Shown: positions 1-11,007 of the stretch, piece by piece
Layout: each line of letters starts with the position of its first letter
Numbering within the stretch: position 1 is the stretch's first letter
Assembly (NCBI GenBank): GCA_951406725.2
Contig: OX597823.1
Span: 19,282,001-19,346,000, forward strand
Direction of reading: 5' to 3'
Length of the DNA: 64,000 nucleotides
Source of the DNA: Octopus vulgaris
Taxonomy: Eukaryota
Notes under the pieces: generated by a model
What the model saw: only the letters and a program-made list of their open reading frames with translations
The model's database searches: none
What the model was told of the DNA's origin: nothing
Translations under genes and position numbers: made by a program

Positions 1-63
1 ACCCCGGTTGAACCGTCCAACCCATGCTAGCATGGAAAGCGGACGTTAAACGATGATGATGAT
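1..63 (+). mobile_element. RTE 3' tail fragment
   Basis: cccatgctagcatggaaagcggacgttaaacgatgatgat, as at the LINE end 3340-3388. Confidence 0.85.
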
Positions 64-398
64 GTGTGTGTGTGTGCACGTAGACACCCATGCTCTTAAA
101 CACAGATATACACTTTCACCGTTCACACACTCACACACACGCTCTTGTATGAAGTATGTGTCTGTATTTCAACATTTTAGAATGTCCTCGAATGTCAGAG
201 TTTCTGTGAAAGTTATGTGATAGGCCAATAAAGGATATTTGTCATTGATCTGATCATTGGTGCTGAAACTAGAGTTTGGTACCTGTACTGGAGCTTTTTA
301 GCTTTTGCAAAAATTCAAGCCAAAACTCCAGTCTGAGAATAACTTCTCTTTTTGCCCACTTCAACTTGGATATTTTATTAGAATAAACATTAAAAATC

Positions 399-792
399 AA
401 TGGAAATTTTAGTTGTGATCCCTGTGCCAGTGGCATGTAAAAAGCACCATCCGAACATGGCCGATGCCAGCGCCACCTTGACTGGTTTCTGTGCCAGTGG
501 CACGTAAAAGGCATCATCCGAATGTGGCCGATGTCAGTGCCACCTTGACTGGCTTCCGTGCCGGTGGCACATAAAAAGCACCAATCCGATCGTGGCCGTG
601 GCCAGCCTCACCTGGCACGTAAAAAGCACCCACTACACTCATGGAGTGGTTGGCGTTAGGAAAGGCATCCAGCTGTAGAAACACTGCCAGATCAGACTAG
701 AGCCTGATGCAGCCTTCTGGCTTCCCAGATCCCGGTCAAACTGTCCAACCCATGCTAGCATGGAGAACAGACGTTAAACGATGATGATGATG
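399..792 (+). mobile_element. RTE 3' UTR/tail copy
   Basis: ggcacgtaaaaagcacc subrepeats, shared 3' end and (GAT)n tail. Confidence 0.85.
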
Positions 793-1122
793 AAACTTTA
801 TACGGTAGATACCATGAGAACAACTCTCACATTAGCATTTGATGCAGAATGCACTCTTGTTTATATTGGTAGCAGGGAGATAAATCCTCTTCACCTCCAG
901 TGCTGAGACCACCAGATCACATGATTTCAACCTTGTTTTGTCTTGTCAGTGATGGACACTCGGTTGCTAGAGACAGCAGCGATTCAGTGGTGGTGGTGAT
1001 GATGATTTCAGCACTAGAGGTAGCAGAGATTTATCTTCCCATTAGCATTATAAACAAGTGTGTATTTTGCACCAAAAATCCAGTATGAGAGGCTCTCTCA
1101 TGGTATCTACCCCAGTATAGTT
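793..1122. repeat. Imperfect fold-back element (about 330 bp)
   Basis: Three nested complementary blocks: ggtagataccatgaga/tctcatggtatctacc, cttgtttata/tataaacaag, cctccagtgctga/tcagcactagagg. Confidence 0.85.
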
Positions 1123-1234
1123 TGTTCTAACAGAACATCTACATTTAGTGGGGATAAATATTATCTCTCGGTATTAATAGGTTACGGAGAGGGTCATAGC
1201 CCAACTAATTAGAGAGAGAGTTAGTTTAGATGAG

Positions 1235-2572
1235 ATGCAGTTTGGGTTCGTGCCAGGGAAAAGTACCACTGATGCTATATTCCTGGTAAGGCAGCTGCAG
1301 GAGAAATACCTAGCCAAAGATAAGCACCTGTACCTGGCTTTCGTTGACATGGAGAAAGCTTTTGATAGGGTCCCCCGATCCCTTATCTGGTGGTCAATGA
1401 GGAAACTAGGGATAGATGAATGGCTGGTGAGGACTGTGCAAGCCATGTACAGAGATGCCGTAAGTAAGGTTAGGGTTGGCAACATGTACACAGAAGAATT
1501 CAAAGTAGAGGTTGGGGTCCACCAGGGTTCAGTACTCAGCCCCCTCCTATTTATCATAGTACTCCAGGCAATTACGGAGGAATTCAAGACAGGCTGTCCC
1601 TGGGAGCTCCTCTACGCTGACGACCTTGCTCTTATTGCTGAGTCACTATCAGAACTGGAGGAGAAGTTCCAGGTGTGGAAGGAGGGTTTAGAATCAAGGG
1701 GCCTTAGAGTCAACCTAGCTAAAACCAAAGTACTAATAAGTAGAAAGGTAGACAATCCACAAATATCTTCAGGAAGATGGCCCTGCTCGATCTGTAGAAA
1801 AGGTGTAGGTAGAAACTCTATAAGATGTACCCAGTGTAAGCTATGGACACATAAGAGGTGCAGCAATGTCAAAGGTAGGCTAACTGGGAAGATAGTTTTT
1901 GTATGTGGCAGATGCTCGGGAGCATTAACCTCCGAAAATCTGCAGAAAACAACTTCCGTCACTTTCCAGGGGGAAAAACTAGAAGTAGTTGATAGCTTCC
2001 GTTATCTAGGTGACCAAGTCAGTAGTGGGGGTGGGTGCGCTGAAAGTGTAACTGCTAGAATAAGAATAGCCTGGGCAAAGTTTAGGGAGCTCTTACCTCT
2101 GCTGGTGACTAAAGGCCTCTCGCTCAGAGTAAAAGGCAGACTGTATGATGCGTGTGTACGAACAGCCATGCTACATGGCAGCGAAACATGGGCCGTGACT
2201 GCTGAGGACGTGCGTAAGCTCATGAGGAATGAAGCCAGTATGCTCCGATGGATGTGTAATGTCAGTGTACATACTCGACAGAGCGTTAGCACCTTGAGAG
2301 AAATGTTGTACCTAAGAAGCATCAGTTGTGGTGTGCAAGAGAGACGATTGCGCTGGTATGGTCATGTGGCGAGAATGGATGAAGATAGGTGTGTGAGAAA
2401 GTGCCAATCCCTAGCAGTTGAGGGAACCCGTGGAAGAGGTAGACCCAGGAAAACCTGGGACGAGGTGGTGGTGAAGCACGACCTTCGAACTTTAGGCCTC
2501 ACTGAGGAAATGACCAGAGACCGAGACCTTTGGAAATATTCTGTACGTGAGAAGACCAGGCAGGACAAGTGA
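1235..2572 (+). CDS. RTE LINE reverse transcriptase (truncated ORF) with an internal C4HC3 finger
   Basis: QFGF, FVDMEKAFD, GVHQGSVLSP, YADD, FRYLG and RGRPRKTW motifs. The frame continues upstream to the truncation at about 1180. Confidence 0.95.
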   Translation: MQFGFVPGKSTTDAIFLVRQLQEKYLAKDKHLYLAFVDMEKAFDRVPRSLIWWSMRKLGIDEWLVRTVQAMYRDAVSKVRVGNMYTEEFKVEVGVHQGSVLSPLLFIIVLQAITEEFKTGCPWELLYADDLALIAESLSELEEKFQVWKEGLESRGLRVNLAKTKVLISRKVDNPQISSGRWPCSICRKGVGRNSIRCTQCKLWTHKRCSNVKGRLTGKIVFVCGRCSGALTSENLQKTTSVTFQGEKLEVVDSFRYLGDQVSSGGGCAESVTARIRIAWAKFRELLPLLVTKGLSLRVKGRLYDACVRTAMLHGSETWAVTAEDVRKLMRNEASMLRWMCNVSVHTRQSVSTLREMLYLRSISCGVQERRLRWYGHVARMDEDRCVRKCQSLAVEGTRGRGRPRKTWDEVVVKHDLRTLGLTEEMTRDRDLWKYSVREKTRQDK

Positions 2573-2657
2573 GCCCAGCCCACTTATGAATGCCTTTCCT
2601 CCCTTGGACACAAAGACCGGTTGAGGCAAGCGAAGTCGATATAGAACCTCATCCGAC

Positions 2658-3103
2658 GACAGACACCCATGCCAACCCCCCATGCTTGCGAAGACATGTT
2701 GGGGCAAGCGAAATCGAAACCGAATTGAACCAGCCAGGATCCCTGGCCTGGTGGTACGTAAAAAGCACTATCCGACTCGTGGCCGTGGCACGTAAAATAC
2801 TCCAATGCGACCGTACGACAGGCACCCATGCCAACCCCCTTTGCTTGTGAAGACATGTTGGGGCAAGCGAAATCGAAATCGAATTGAACCAGCCAGGATC
2901 CCTGGTCTGATGGTATGTAAAAAGCACTATCCGACTCGTGGCCGTGGCACGTAAAATACTCCAATGCGACCGTACGACAGGCACCCTTGCCAACCCCCTT
3001 TGCTTGTGAAGACATGTTGGGGCAAGCGAAATCGAAATCGAATTGAACCAGCCAGGATCCCTGGTCTGGTGGTACGTAAAAAGCACTATCCGACTCGTGG
3101 CCG
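2658..3103 (+). repeat. 159-bp tandem repeat (about 2.8 copies) in the LINE 3' UTR
   Basis: Units start at 2658, 2817 and 2976 and are nearly identical. Confidence 0.9.
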
Positions 3104-3672
3104 ATGCCAGCACCGCCTCGACTGGCTTCCGTGCCGGTGGCACATAAAATACACCAATCTGACCGTGGCCGTTGCCAGCCCCGCCTGGCACCTGTGCAGG
3201 TGGCACGTAAAAAGCACCCACTACACTCACGGAGTGGTTGGCGTTAGGAAGGGCATCCAGCTGTAGAAACATTGCCAAATTTAGACTGGAGCCTGGTGCA
3301 GCCTTCTGGCTTCCCAGAACCCCGGTCGAACCGTCCAACCCATGCTAGCATGGAGAACGGACGTTAAACGACGATGACGACGATGATGATTAATACTTCC
3401 TTTGTCACTGATATGTAACTTCTCTTTCTCCCACCAACCAAAAAGCTTTGAATGAGCAATGACAAGTATGTCTTTATATAATGTATATGTATGTATGTGT
3501 ACAAAATAAGATAGGGGTTATGAGTGTAACCCACTATGGGATATCATTTATCCAATATACTGCCAGTAAAGTACCCATAAAGGCTAATACATAAATGCTA
3601 AGAATTGCAATGCAATTAATTCATTTATTGTATTATATGGGCAAAGGTAAAATGTTTTACCTCAAATTCATA

Positions 3673-4024
3673 ATACAAAATAAGAAAATGGAGGAATAGA
3701 TTTCTATCAATCATGAACTACTAGATAATACCAGTTCATATAATTTATTAACTAATTATTTAGGAACATCCAGATCAAACAGAATAATACAGAATACATC
3801 AATAAGTAAGATAATACCATAAGAACAATACATTTTTATATTTTTATATTTATATGTATTGTTCTTATGGTATTATCTTACTAATTGATGTGTACTGTTT
3901 TATTCTGTATTATTCTGTTTGATCTGGATGTTCCTAAATAATTAGTTAATAAATTATATGAATTGGTATTATCTTGTAGTTGATGATTGATAGAAATCTA
4001 TTCCTACATTTTCTTATTTTGTAT
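3673..4024. repeat. Long near-perfect inverted repeat (arms about 160 bp, loop about 20 nt)
   Basis: 3673-3832 is the reverse complement of 3854-4024 with few mismatches and one indel. Confidence 0.92.
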
Positions 4025-4033
4025 GTGTGTATG

Positions 4034-4076
<43 letters not shown>

Positions 4077-4081
<5 letters not shown>

Positions 4082-4380
4082 TGTGACCGACCAGGCTATC
4101 AGATGTTGCTACACATCGCTGGTCACAATGCGCTTTGCATTGTTTTAGCCTTCAAATGATGCCACCCCGCTGGCTAAGCGACCAGGCCAACAGAAAAAAG
4201 AGTGAAAGAAAGTTGTGGCGAAAGAGTACAGCAGGGTTCGCCACCACCCCCTGCTGGAGCCTCGTGGAGCTTTAGGTGTTTTCGCTCAATTAACACTCAC
4301 AACGCCCGGTCTGGGAATCGAAACCTGCGATCCTACGACTGCGAGTCCGCTGCCCTAACCACTGGGCCATTGCGCCTCCA
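4077..4380 (-). mobile_element. tRNA-Arg-like SINE family B, tail type 1
   Basis: Head ggaggcgcaatggcccagtggttagggcagcggacTCG...ggtttcgattccc; flanked by (TA)n. Confidence 0.85.
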
Positions 4381-4804
4381 TATATATATATACACACACA
4401 CACACACACCTCACTCCTGTTCCCAATGATATACTGTGACATCATTTATTTCTCTGTACACTAAGCCATCCTCATCATCTCTGATTGTCTTCCTTCTCCA
4501 CCTTCCCACGCCTCACTCCTTCTTTAAACATTAATCTGTAAACTGGATAAACAAACTCTGGTTGCTTTTGATCTGACCTTTTGTTGGAATGGTGGTGGTG
4601 GGAGTGGTGTCAGTGTTACTGTGGTGCTGGTGAGATGGAGTGGTGCTGGTATCTAATAATGATTGTGTACCAATCATGTGGTTGTTATTTAGCCCTAGGT
4701 GAGTTCTGATCAAGCAGACATTCAAACCACGACCATCCCTTCTTTTTGTAAAAATAGAATTTTGTTATCCCAAAGTATTTTCTAAGACTAGTATGACATG
4801 AATA

Positions 4805-5219
4805 GGTGCAGGAGTGGCTGTGTGGTAAGTAGCCTGCTTACCAACCACACGGTTCCAGGTTCAGTCCCACTGCGTGGCATCTTGGACAAGTGTCTTCTGC
4901 TATAGCTCCGGGCTGACCAATGCCTTGTGTGTGGATTCGGTAGACGGAAACTGAAAGAAGCCCGTCGTATATATGTATATATATATATATGTGTGTGTGT
5001 GTGTATGTTTGTGTGTCTGTGTTTGTCCCCCTGGCATTGCTTGACAACCGATGCTGGTGTGTTTATGTCCCCGTAACTTAGTGGTTCGGCAAAAGAGACT
5101 GATAGAATAAGTACTGGGCTTACAAAGAATAAGTCCCAGGATCATGTTGCTCGACTAAAGGCGGTGCTCCAGCATGGCCGCAGTCAACTGACTGAAACAA
5201 GTAAAAAGAGTAAAAGAGA
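4805..5219 (+). mobile_element. tRNA-derived SINE, family A
   Basis: A/B-box-like head (tggctgtgtggt...ggttcagtccc), internal TA/TG microsatellite, gtaaaagag tail. Multiple copies in the window. Confidence 0.88.
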
Positions 5220-7734
5220 GAGTATGATTCAAAGGAGATTTTACTACTGTTTCTAGTAGATCAAGCAACAGTGTAGATTCCCTCTGTAGTAGGTGGATGG
5301 AAGTGTTGATGAATTAATCTGTCCCACTTCTCCCCTACAACTGTCCCCCACCCACGCTCTACAGTTAGTGGACACTGAGCTTGTCTTCTCTGCTGTATCA
5401 ACAGAATGTTGTTATTCCAGTGCAACAAAGTAGTTACCTTGTCAAGTCTTGTCTCACCATCACTGCTACTACTGTTGTGGTTGGTCAATAATGAGATGGG
5501 GTGGTGGTGGTAGTGGTGGTCATTCGTGTCTCCTACTGTCCAGGAAACTGATTATATAAATCTGTTTTTATTTGATGAGGCTGTTTTTCTAAGCATCTGT
5601 TGCCCTTCACAACTCTCACATTTCACCACTGCTACTCTGCTCCCTCCACACACACACCACTCAACCCCTCCACACCACTCCATTCCTACCCCGTCTCTTT
5701 GCTATCTCACCATCTCTCCTCCACCACTACTTTACCTTTCTGTCCCCCACCCCATCATATTGTTACCCCCATGTTGCTTCCCCCTCTCTGGTTCTCTACT
5801 GTCATTATCACCACCATGATTCTTGCAACCTCCCCACATCTCTTTGCCACCCCACAATGTCTCTTCGTGTCCCTCCCCCACTCCAATCACTCTAGTCCCA
5901 TCCACGTCTCTTCACCACCCCTGTATCTCTGGCCCTTCTTCGCAATGCTTCTCACCATCACCACTACCACTGTTACCACTTCCATTATACCTCTTAACTA
6001 CTCCCAACCTTCCTCCTCCCCTCTCATGTCACTACCCCACTCCCTCACACCTCAGCTGTCTAATTTCCAATTGGAGCTAATTAATACTGCCGAAAACCTC
6101 CATCTTTGTCCCTCTCTTCCGCTATGTAAGTTCTTACAGACTTTGGTAATATTTCTACACCAAACTTCTGACAACATGTTAGAACACTTTATAGTGTTTG
6201 TTTGTGTCTTTTTGTTGTTATCTCTTTTTTTTTATTTTTTTTATTATGGATCCCAAGATTTTATTTGAAGTTTTCTTCTCTGGCACCACAAACATATCAA
6301 CTCAATTATGGACATTCCTCTATCTCTTTCGGACTGAATTACACACAACATACATATATTATTTTTGTATGGCTTACATCTGTTTTTCTTTGCTAGCAGA
6401 GGCAAGATAAATACTTACTCGAGGCAATATTTTTACCACTGGTGGCTCTTATCGCCAACCTTTGCCGCTTTTACAAGAATGGATTTTTTATTCTGTTACT
6501 CTGCACAGGCAACTTCATGTGAAAAGCAGAAATGACAACTTTCATACATGTACACATGCATGTGCATAAACACACACACACACACACACGCATGTCATTT
6601 GCTAACCCTCGTTTTAAATCATTGCAAAACCACACACATGTACCTGTCTCTATATTCTAAATGTTTTGAAAACAAATACATGCGTATGTACATGTACCCA
6701 GATGTGTATACAAGTATGTTTTAGTTTATGTATGTGTGTAAAAGATTTCACTTTGTAACTTTTGTTCTGATAGTGAAAAAAATAGCAAAAATAGTTTTGA
6801 AAGATTAATCCAATCTCACAGACACACGTACATTCATTCACCTTTTTATATTACTTCTTTCTTTCCCAGATCTCTACAATCTTTGTCCCCTGAATTGTCT
6901 GCTGCAATTCCCTTCCTATACACATTTTTGTCAGACATCAACTACAGCCTCACTGATCTGAGAGGTTCTGCAAAGATCGTAGGCCATAGTCCTGTATCCT
7001 CTGTTTATTATGGTTCCTGCTAATGTATGTCTTGCTGGGGTGAAGTAATTTAAAACAAAAAAAACTAGAGTTGGCATTCTACCAAAATTATAGGGTCTGG
7101 TTAAAAGGATTCTGCAGGATGTTAATTTGTTGAGGGATTTTGTAGGTGGAAGATTACAAGATGTTAGTTTGTCCTGGGTCACGTTGAAAAAAAAATTTGC
7201 AGATTCAGGACACAGCAAATAAATGTTTGTCTTTTCCTAATTGAAAAATTCAACCTTTTCTGAATTATTATTATTTTTTTTTTTGCAAAGAGGAGTTAAA
7301 ATTGATTTAATTTCTCATATTTTATTTTGATTTATATATTTTATTTTGTTATATATTAACATAATAAGAATACTATTTTTCCCAACATACAAGTCAGTAT
7401 AGTATATTTTGTAAGCTTGTAGTGTAAATATTTGAACATTGCCACTATCTTTCTAAATCCTGCTACAGTTCACATAAAATTTTTGGTCCTCCTAAGTTGT
7501 CTTGGTCTAAAAGTTGACCTTTTCTGGGCTGTAAACTTTTGTCTGAAAAATTCAGCTTGTATGCCTGAAAATATGGCTTTTAATTTTTGTTTTTTTTTCA
7601 ACATGATTGCTTTAAATGTTATATATATTTCAAAATAACTAGGTTTAAAAAAAGAAAAAAAAATTTTTTCTAGTTTAGACATTTTTACAAGCTTGTTAAT
7701 AATGTTATTGTTTATAAAACACTCTCCGAAGGTG

Positions 7735-8058
7735 ATTGATGTCAGTACCCCCCGACTGGTTCCTGTACCAGTGGCATGTAATAAGCACCATCCGAACGTG
7801 ACCGATGCCAGTACCTCTTGACTGGCTCATGTATCGGTGGCTCATAAAAAGACACTATCTGAACGTGATTGATGCCAGAGGTGGCAAGTAAAAAGCACCC
7901 ACTACACTCTCGGAGTGGTTGGCATTAGGAAGGGCATCCAGCTGTAGAAACTTTGCCAGATCAGACTGGAGCTGAGTGCAGCCGCTGGCTCTCCAAACCT
8001 CAGTCAAACCGTCCAACCTGTGCCAGCATGGAAAACAGACGTTAAACAATGGTGATGA
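7735..8058 (+). mobile_element. RTE 3' UTR/tail copy
   Basis: Homologous to the LINE 3' end at 3100-3388. Confidence 0.85.
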
Positions 8059-8293
8059 TCCCCCTACTGCTATAGGGGGATCCTGCATTACTACTCTACT
8101 AGTTATACCGTACACACCACCACTTTTGTCCTAGTTATATTACACAATATTAATGCCACCACATTACTCATATTCACCATATTTTGTTGACCTAACAGCA
8201 ATTCCATTACAACTAATGCAATTCTGTATTTCCAAGGGATAAACTCTGTTCTTGTTGAGATCTTCTAATTCTAACCAAACATTTACCTTTCAG

Positions 8294-8425
8294 ATTCATC
8301 AGAAGGAAGGAGGATTTCCAGCACATGTGCCACACTCAGATGAATTGCCACCAGAACCTGAAATAATTGAAGTTGTGTTTGAGAAAGTGAAAGGCAGTAT
8401 AGGACTAAGTATTGTAGCTGCTAAG
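8294..8425 (+). CDS. AFDN: Afadin/AF-6/canoe exon: pre-PDZ linker and PDZ betaA-betaB (IHQKEGG...PEPEIIEVVFEKVKGSIGLSIVAAK). Upstream exons lie outside the window.
   Basis: ctttcag acceptor, AAG|gtgaat donor, 132 nt, phase 0/0. Matches the afadin PDZ start PEIITVTLKKQNGMGLSIVAAK. Confidence 0.95.
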
Positions 8426-8974
8426 GTGAATATAGTCTACTTTACGTTTTTCCTTCACTGAATTATGACAAATGTTTAGTCAAAGTACTAAAGCTTTCCC
8501 CCATCATCATCATCATCATCATCTTTTGTGTCCTTGCTATTAGTCACCCTTATTGTCATCATCTTTGTTTTAAATGTCCATTTCCCATGCTTAGCATATA
8601 CTGAACGTACCAATCATACAGTATATGTCGCTTGTCTCATCCTTTCGTTAACTTTTCTGTGTTGCACAACATCCCGAGATTTTGTCTTCTTTCTTCCCCC
8701 ACCCCCACTGTCTTTCTCTGCTAAAAAAAAAAAAAAAATCCGCCTCTGACAGCATGATACCTTTTCCTTCAGAACCCATTTTCCTCTTTGCCCACACATC
8801 CATACCAGATCAGCTCACGTCACCCAGTAGCTCATATTCAGTTACCTTTCCTGTATGTCTCTGCTTATACATTAATATTTAACTAATCTCAACTTGTGCA
8901 AATTCTACTTTTCATGTAGGTTAAGCATTGCACATCCAATGCATCATACTTCGTTTGTCCCTAAACTCTATTTT

Positions 8975-9215
8975 TCAGTAGTGTCCTATAAACCTTTGAA
9001 TTACTGGAACACAGTCTTCTCTACTGTTCCATATTCCTTCAGATTATTGTGACACACAATCTTCAATACTGTCTCATAAACCTTTGAATGATTGGGACAC
9101 AGTCTTCAGCAGAGTCCCATATTCCTTCAAATTATTGTGACCCTACAGATTTCAGTAGTGTCCCCATATGCCTTCAAGTTACCAGTGCAATTAGTCTTCA
9201 GCAGTGTTCCATTAT
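8975..9215. repeat. Degenerate minisatellite, about 44-bp unit with about 88-bp higher-order period
   Basis: Recurring ttcagtagtgtcc, acacagtcttc and ccatattccttca. Confidence 0.7.
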
Positions 9216-9619
9216 CATTGATTACTTTTTCAATCAAATGCAGCAGTTTGCACCAGTAGTTACCTAATTCTCCAATTTTAGATTAATCAACCCAAAATTA
9301 AATGAAGAGCTGCAAAACTTGGATGAATTCAATTTGAATTCTGGTGGAAAGTATTTAAGTTTTTCAAGGGTTTCAATGTTTTCATGAACACGGACCACCC
9401 CCCCAAGTTCTTTGCACATCCATTTAAAAAAAAAACTTAAACCATCATTTTTATACAATGTCCCCTTGTTGGGAAATTTGCTTTGATGAAATTATACTGG
9501 TCAAAGGGTTAGAGGACATGCATTAATGTATCTTTTTTTGCATGTCAGACTGACCCCACCACCTATTCACATTTTGTTGATATATTTCCACATAAGACAG
9601 TGAATTGGTAGATTCAGTA

Positions 9620-9846
9620 GTGTTGGACATTGTTGTAGAGCTGAAAACGAGGTAATTTCTACTCTTCTCCTCTGGAAACCATCTGCTCGCGATACCAGAG
9701 GGCACACACTCTCCTACCCTGATGTAATCTCCAGGGATACAGGCATCCAGCAACAGGACCTCCATAATGCTATGACAGACCGTGAAGTCTGGTGTAACAT
9801 AGTAAATTCCATTGTCTCGACCATGGTCGAACAATGATGATGATGA
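9620..9846 (+). mobile_element. 3' fragment of a different RTE-like LINE family
   Basis: Reads GHCCRAENEVISTLLLWKP...DLHNAMTDREVW, followed by a (TGA)n tail. Confidence 0.7.
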
Positions 9847-10333
9847 GTGTTGGACAAAATGCCTTTTTGATATTTGCCCTGCTTCTGTACATTCTGTGTT
9901 CAAATCCTGCTGAGCTCAACTTTGTTTTTCATTCTTATAGAGATGTTAAAATAAAATACCAGTCATGTACTGGTGTTGATGCTGCCAACTGTCTCCTTCC
10001 CACAAATTCCTGACCTTGAGGACATACATATATAAAATCCTTGTTTATTGATCTAACACCCCACTGTTATCATCCTGGTATTAACTTCACTCTCCTTTGT
10101 TAAATGCCTTGTTTGTAAATACCCTGTTAACTTAACCTTTTGTTAAATACCCCATGTTAACTCCCTGTTATTAACCCTGTTCTTCTTGTTAACCCTCGCC
10201 TTGTTGTTAATCACCTCTCTCCACTGTTAACATTCCCTGCTTTTTGTTATCCTTCCCTCTGTTGTTATCCCACCAGTTTCTAAAACCGCCTAAACCCTAT
10301 CATTATCAACAGCCACGTTTTCTCATTGTGTAG

Positions 10334-10363
10334 ATTACTATAGTGGACAGCCATGGTCGTACG
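10334..10363 (+). CDS. AFDN: Candidate alternative 30-nt microexon A of afadin (ITIVDSHGRT) in the PDZ betaB-betaC loop
   Basis: ttttctcattgtgtag acceptor, ACG|gtaagt donor, 10 open codons in phase 0 matching the flanking exons. Paralogous copy at 18261. Confidence 0.6.
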
Positions 10364-11007
10364 GTAAGTAAGCGTGAAATGACCAAGCCATTGGTCTCAC
10401 ACTCTGTGTGTCCGATGACTATTTACGACTGTGTTGTCTCTCTCTCTCTCTCTCCCTCTCTCTCTTTGCCTGGTCATGTTATGACAAATGTATATTGGTC
10501 TTGATTTAATATCATGGTCACTTCACGGTCACCTTACCTCAATATTTGAGGAAATGCTGGATCACTTATTCACTTATGCATGGTTTCATGTACGTATGTG
10601 ACACAAATGCAAACACACACACATATTTACACAATTGTATGCACTCGTACACAACCTGCACAGAAGACACATGCATATCTACACTCACACACACACACAA
10701 ACACATATATATATAATGTTGTAACGTGCCAGTAGACTATTTGTTGTAAGCTTTTGAAAATTTCTCCTTCTTTCGCTCACTGACTTTTAGATTTCTTCAG
10801 ATCTGTAGATCTAGTGTTAACTCTACTCTATATACCACCGCCTATCTTCAGTTTGTATCAAGTACAAAACAAGTGTAATTTATACTCTATATTCTGCTGT
10901 CTGTTCCTCTCTTCAGCTGTGTTGCTAATTCAGCTTCATAAACCAGCAAAATTTTAAGGGATACTGTTAGAAAGTAGTCCAAAATAAATGAAAATATTGC
11001 TAAATGG

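Larger units (their letters stand above)
1180..3388 (+). mobile_element. 5'-truncated RTE-clade non-LTR retrotransposon
   Basis: RT ORF, long 3' UTR ending in a (GAY)n tail, candidate 7-bp TSD ATTAATA at 1173-1179 and 3389-3395. Confidence 0.93.

Noticed and set aside
399-640. Regularly spaced ggcacgtaaaaagcacc motifs resembling a CRISPR array
   Set aside because: Spacers are homologous to each other, the context is eukaryotic, and there are no cas genes; these are internal subrepeats of the RTE 3' UTR.
2584-3338. Minus-strand ORFs with repeated peptides
   Set aside because: Artefacts of the 159-bp tandem repeat in the LINE 3' UTR.
5600-6268. 222-aa ORF rich in P/S/T/H/L
   Set aside because: Stop-poor degenerate CCA/CT low-complexity intronic tract; no domain and no compatible splice sites.
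6870-7024. Strong ctttcccag acceptor and gtatgt donor upstream of the first PDZ exon
   Set aside because: Stops in all three frames and no independent support; a poison exon cannot be excluded but is unsupported.
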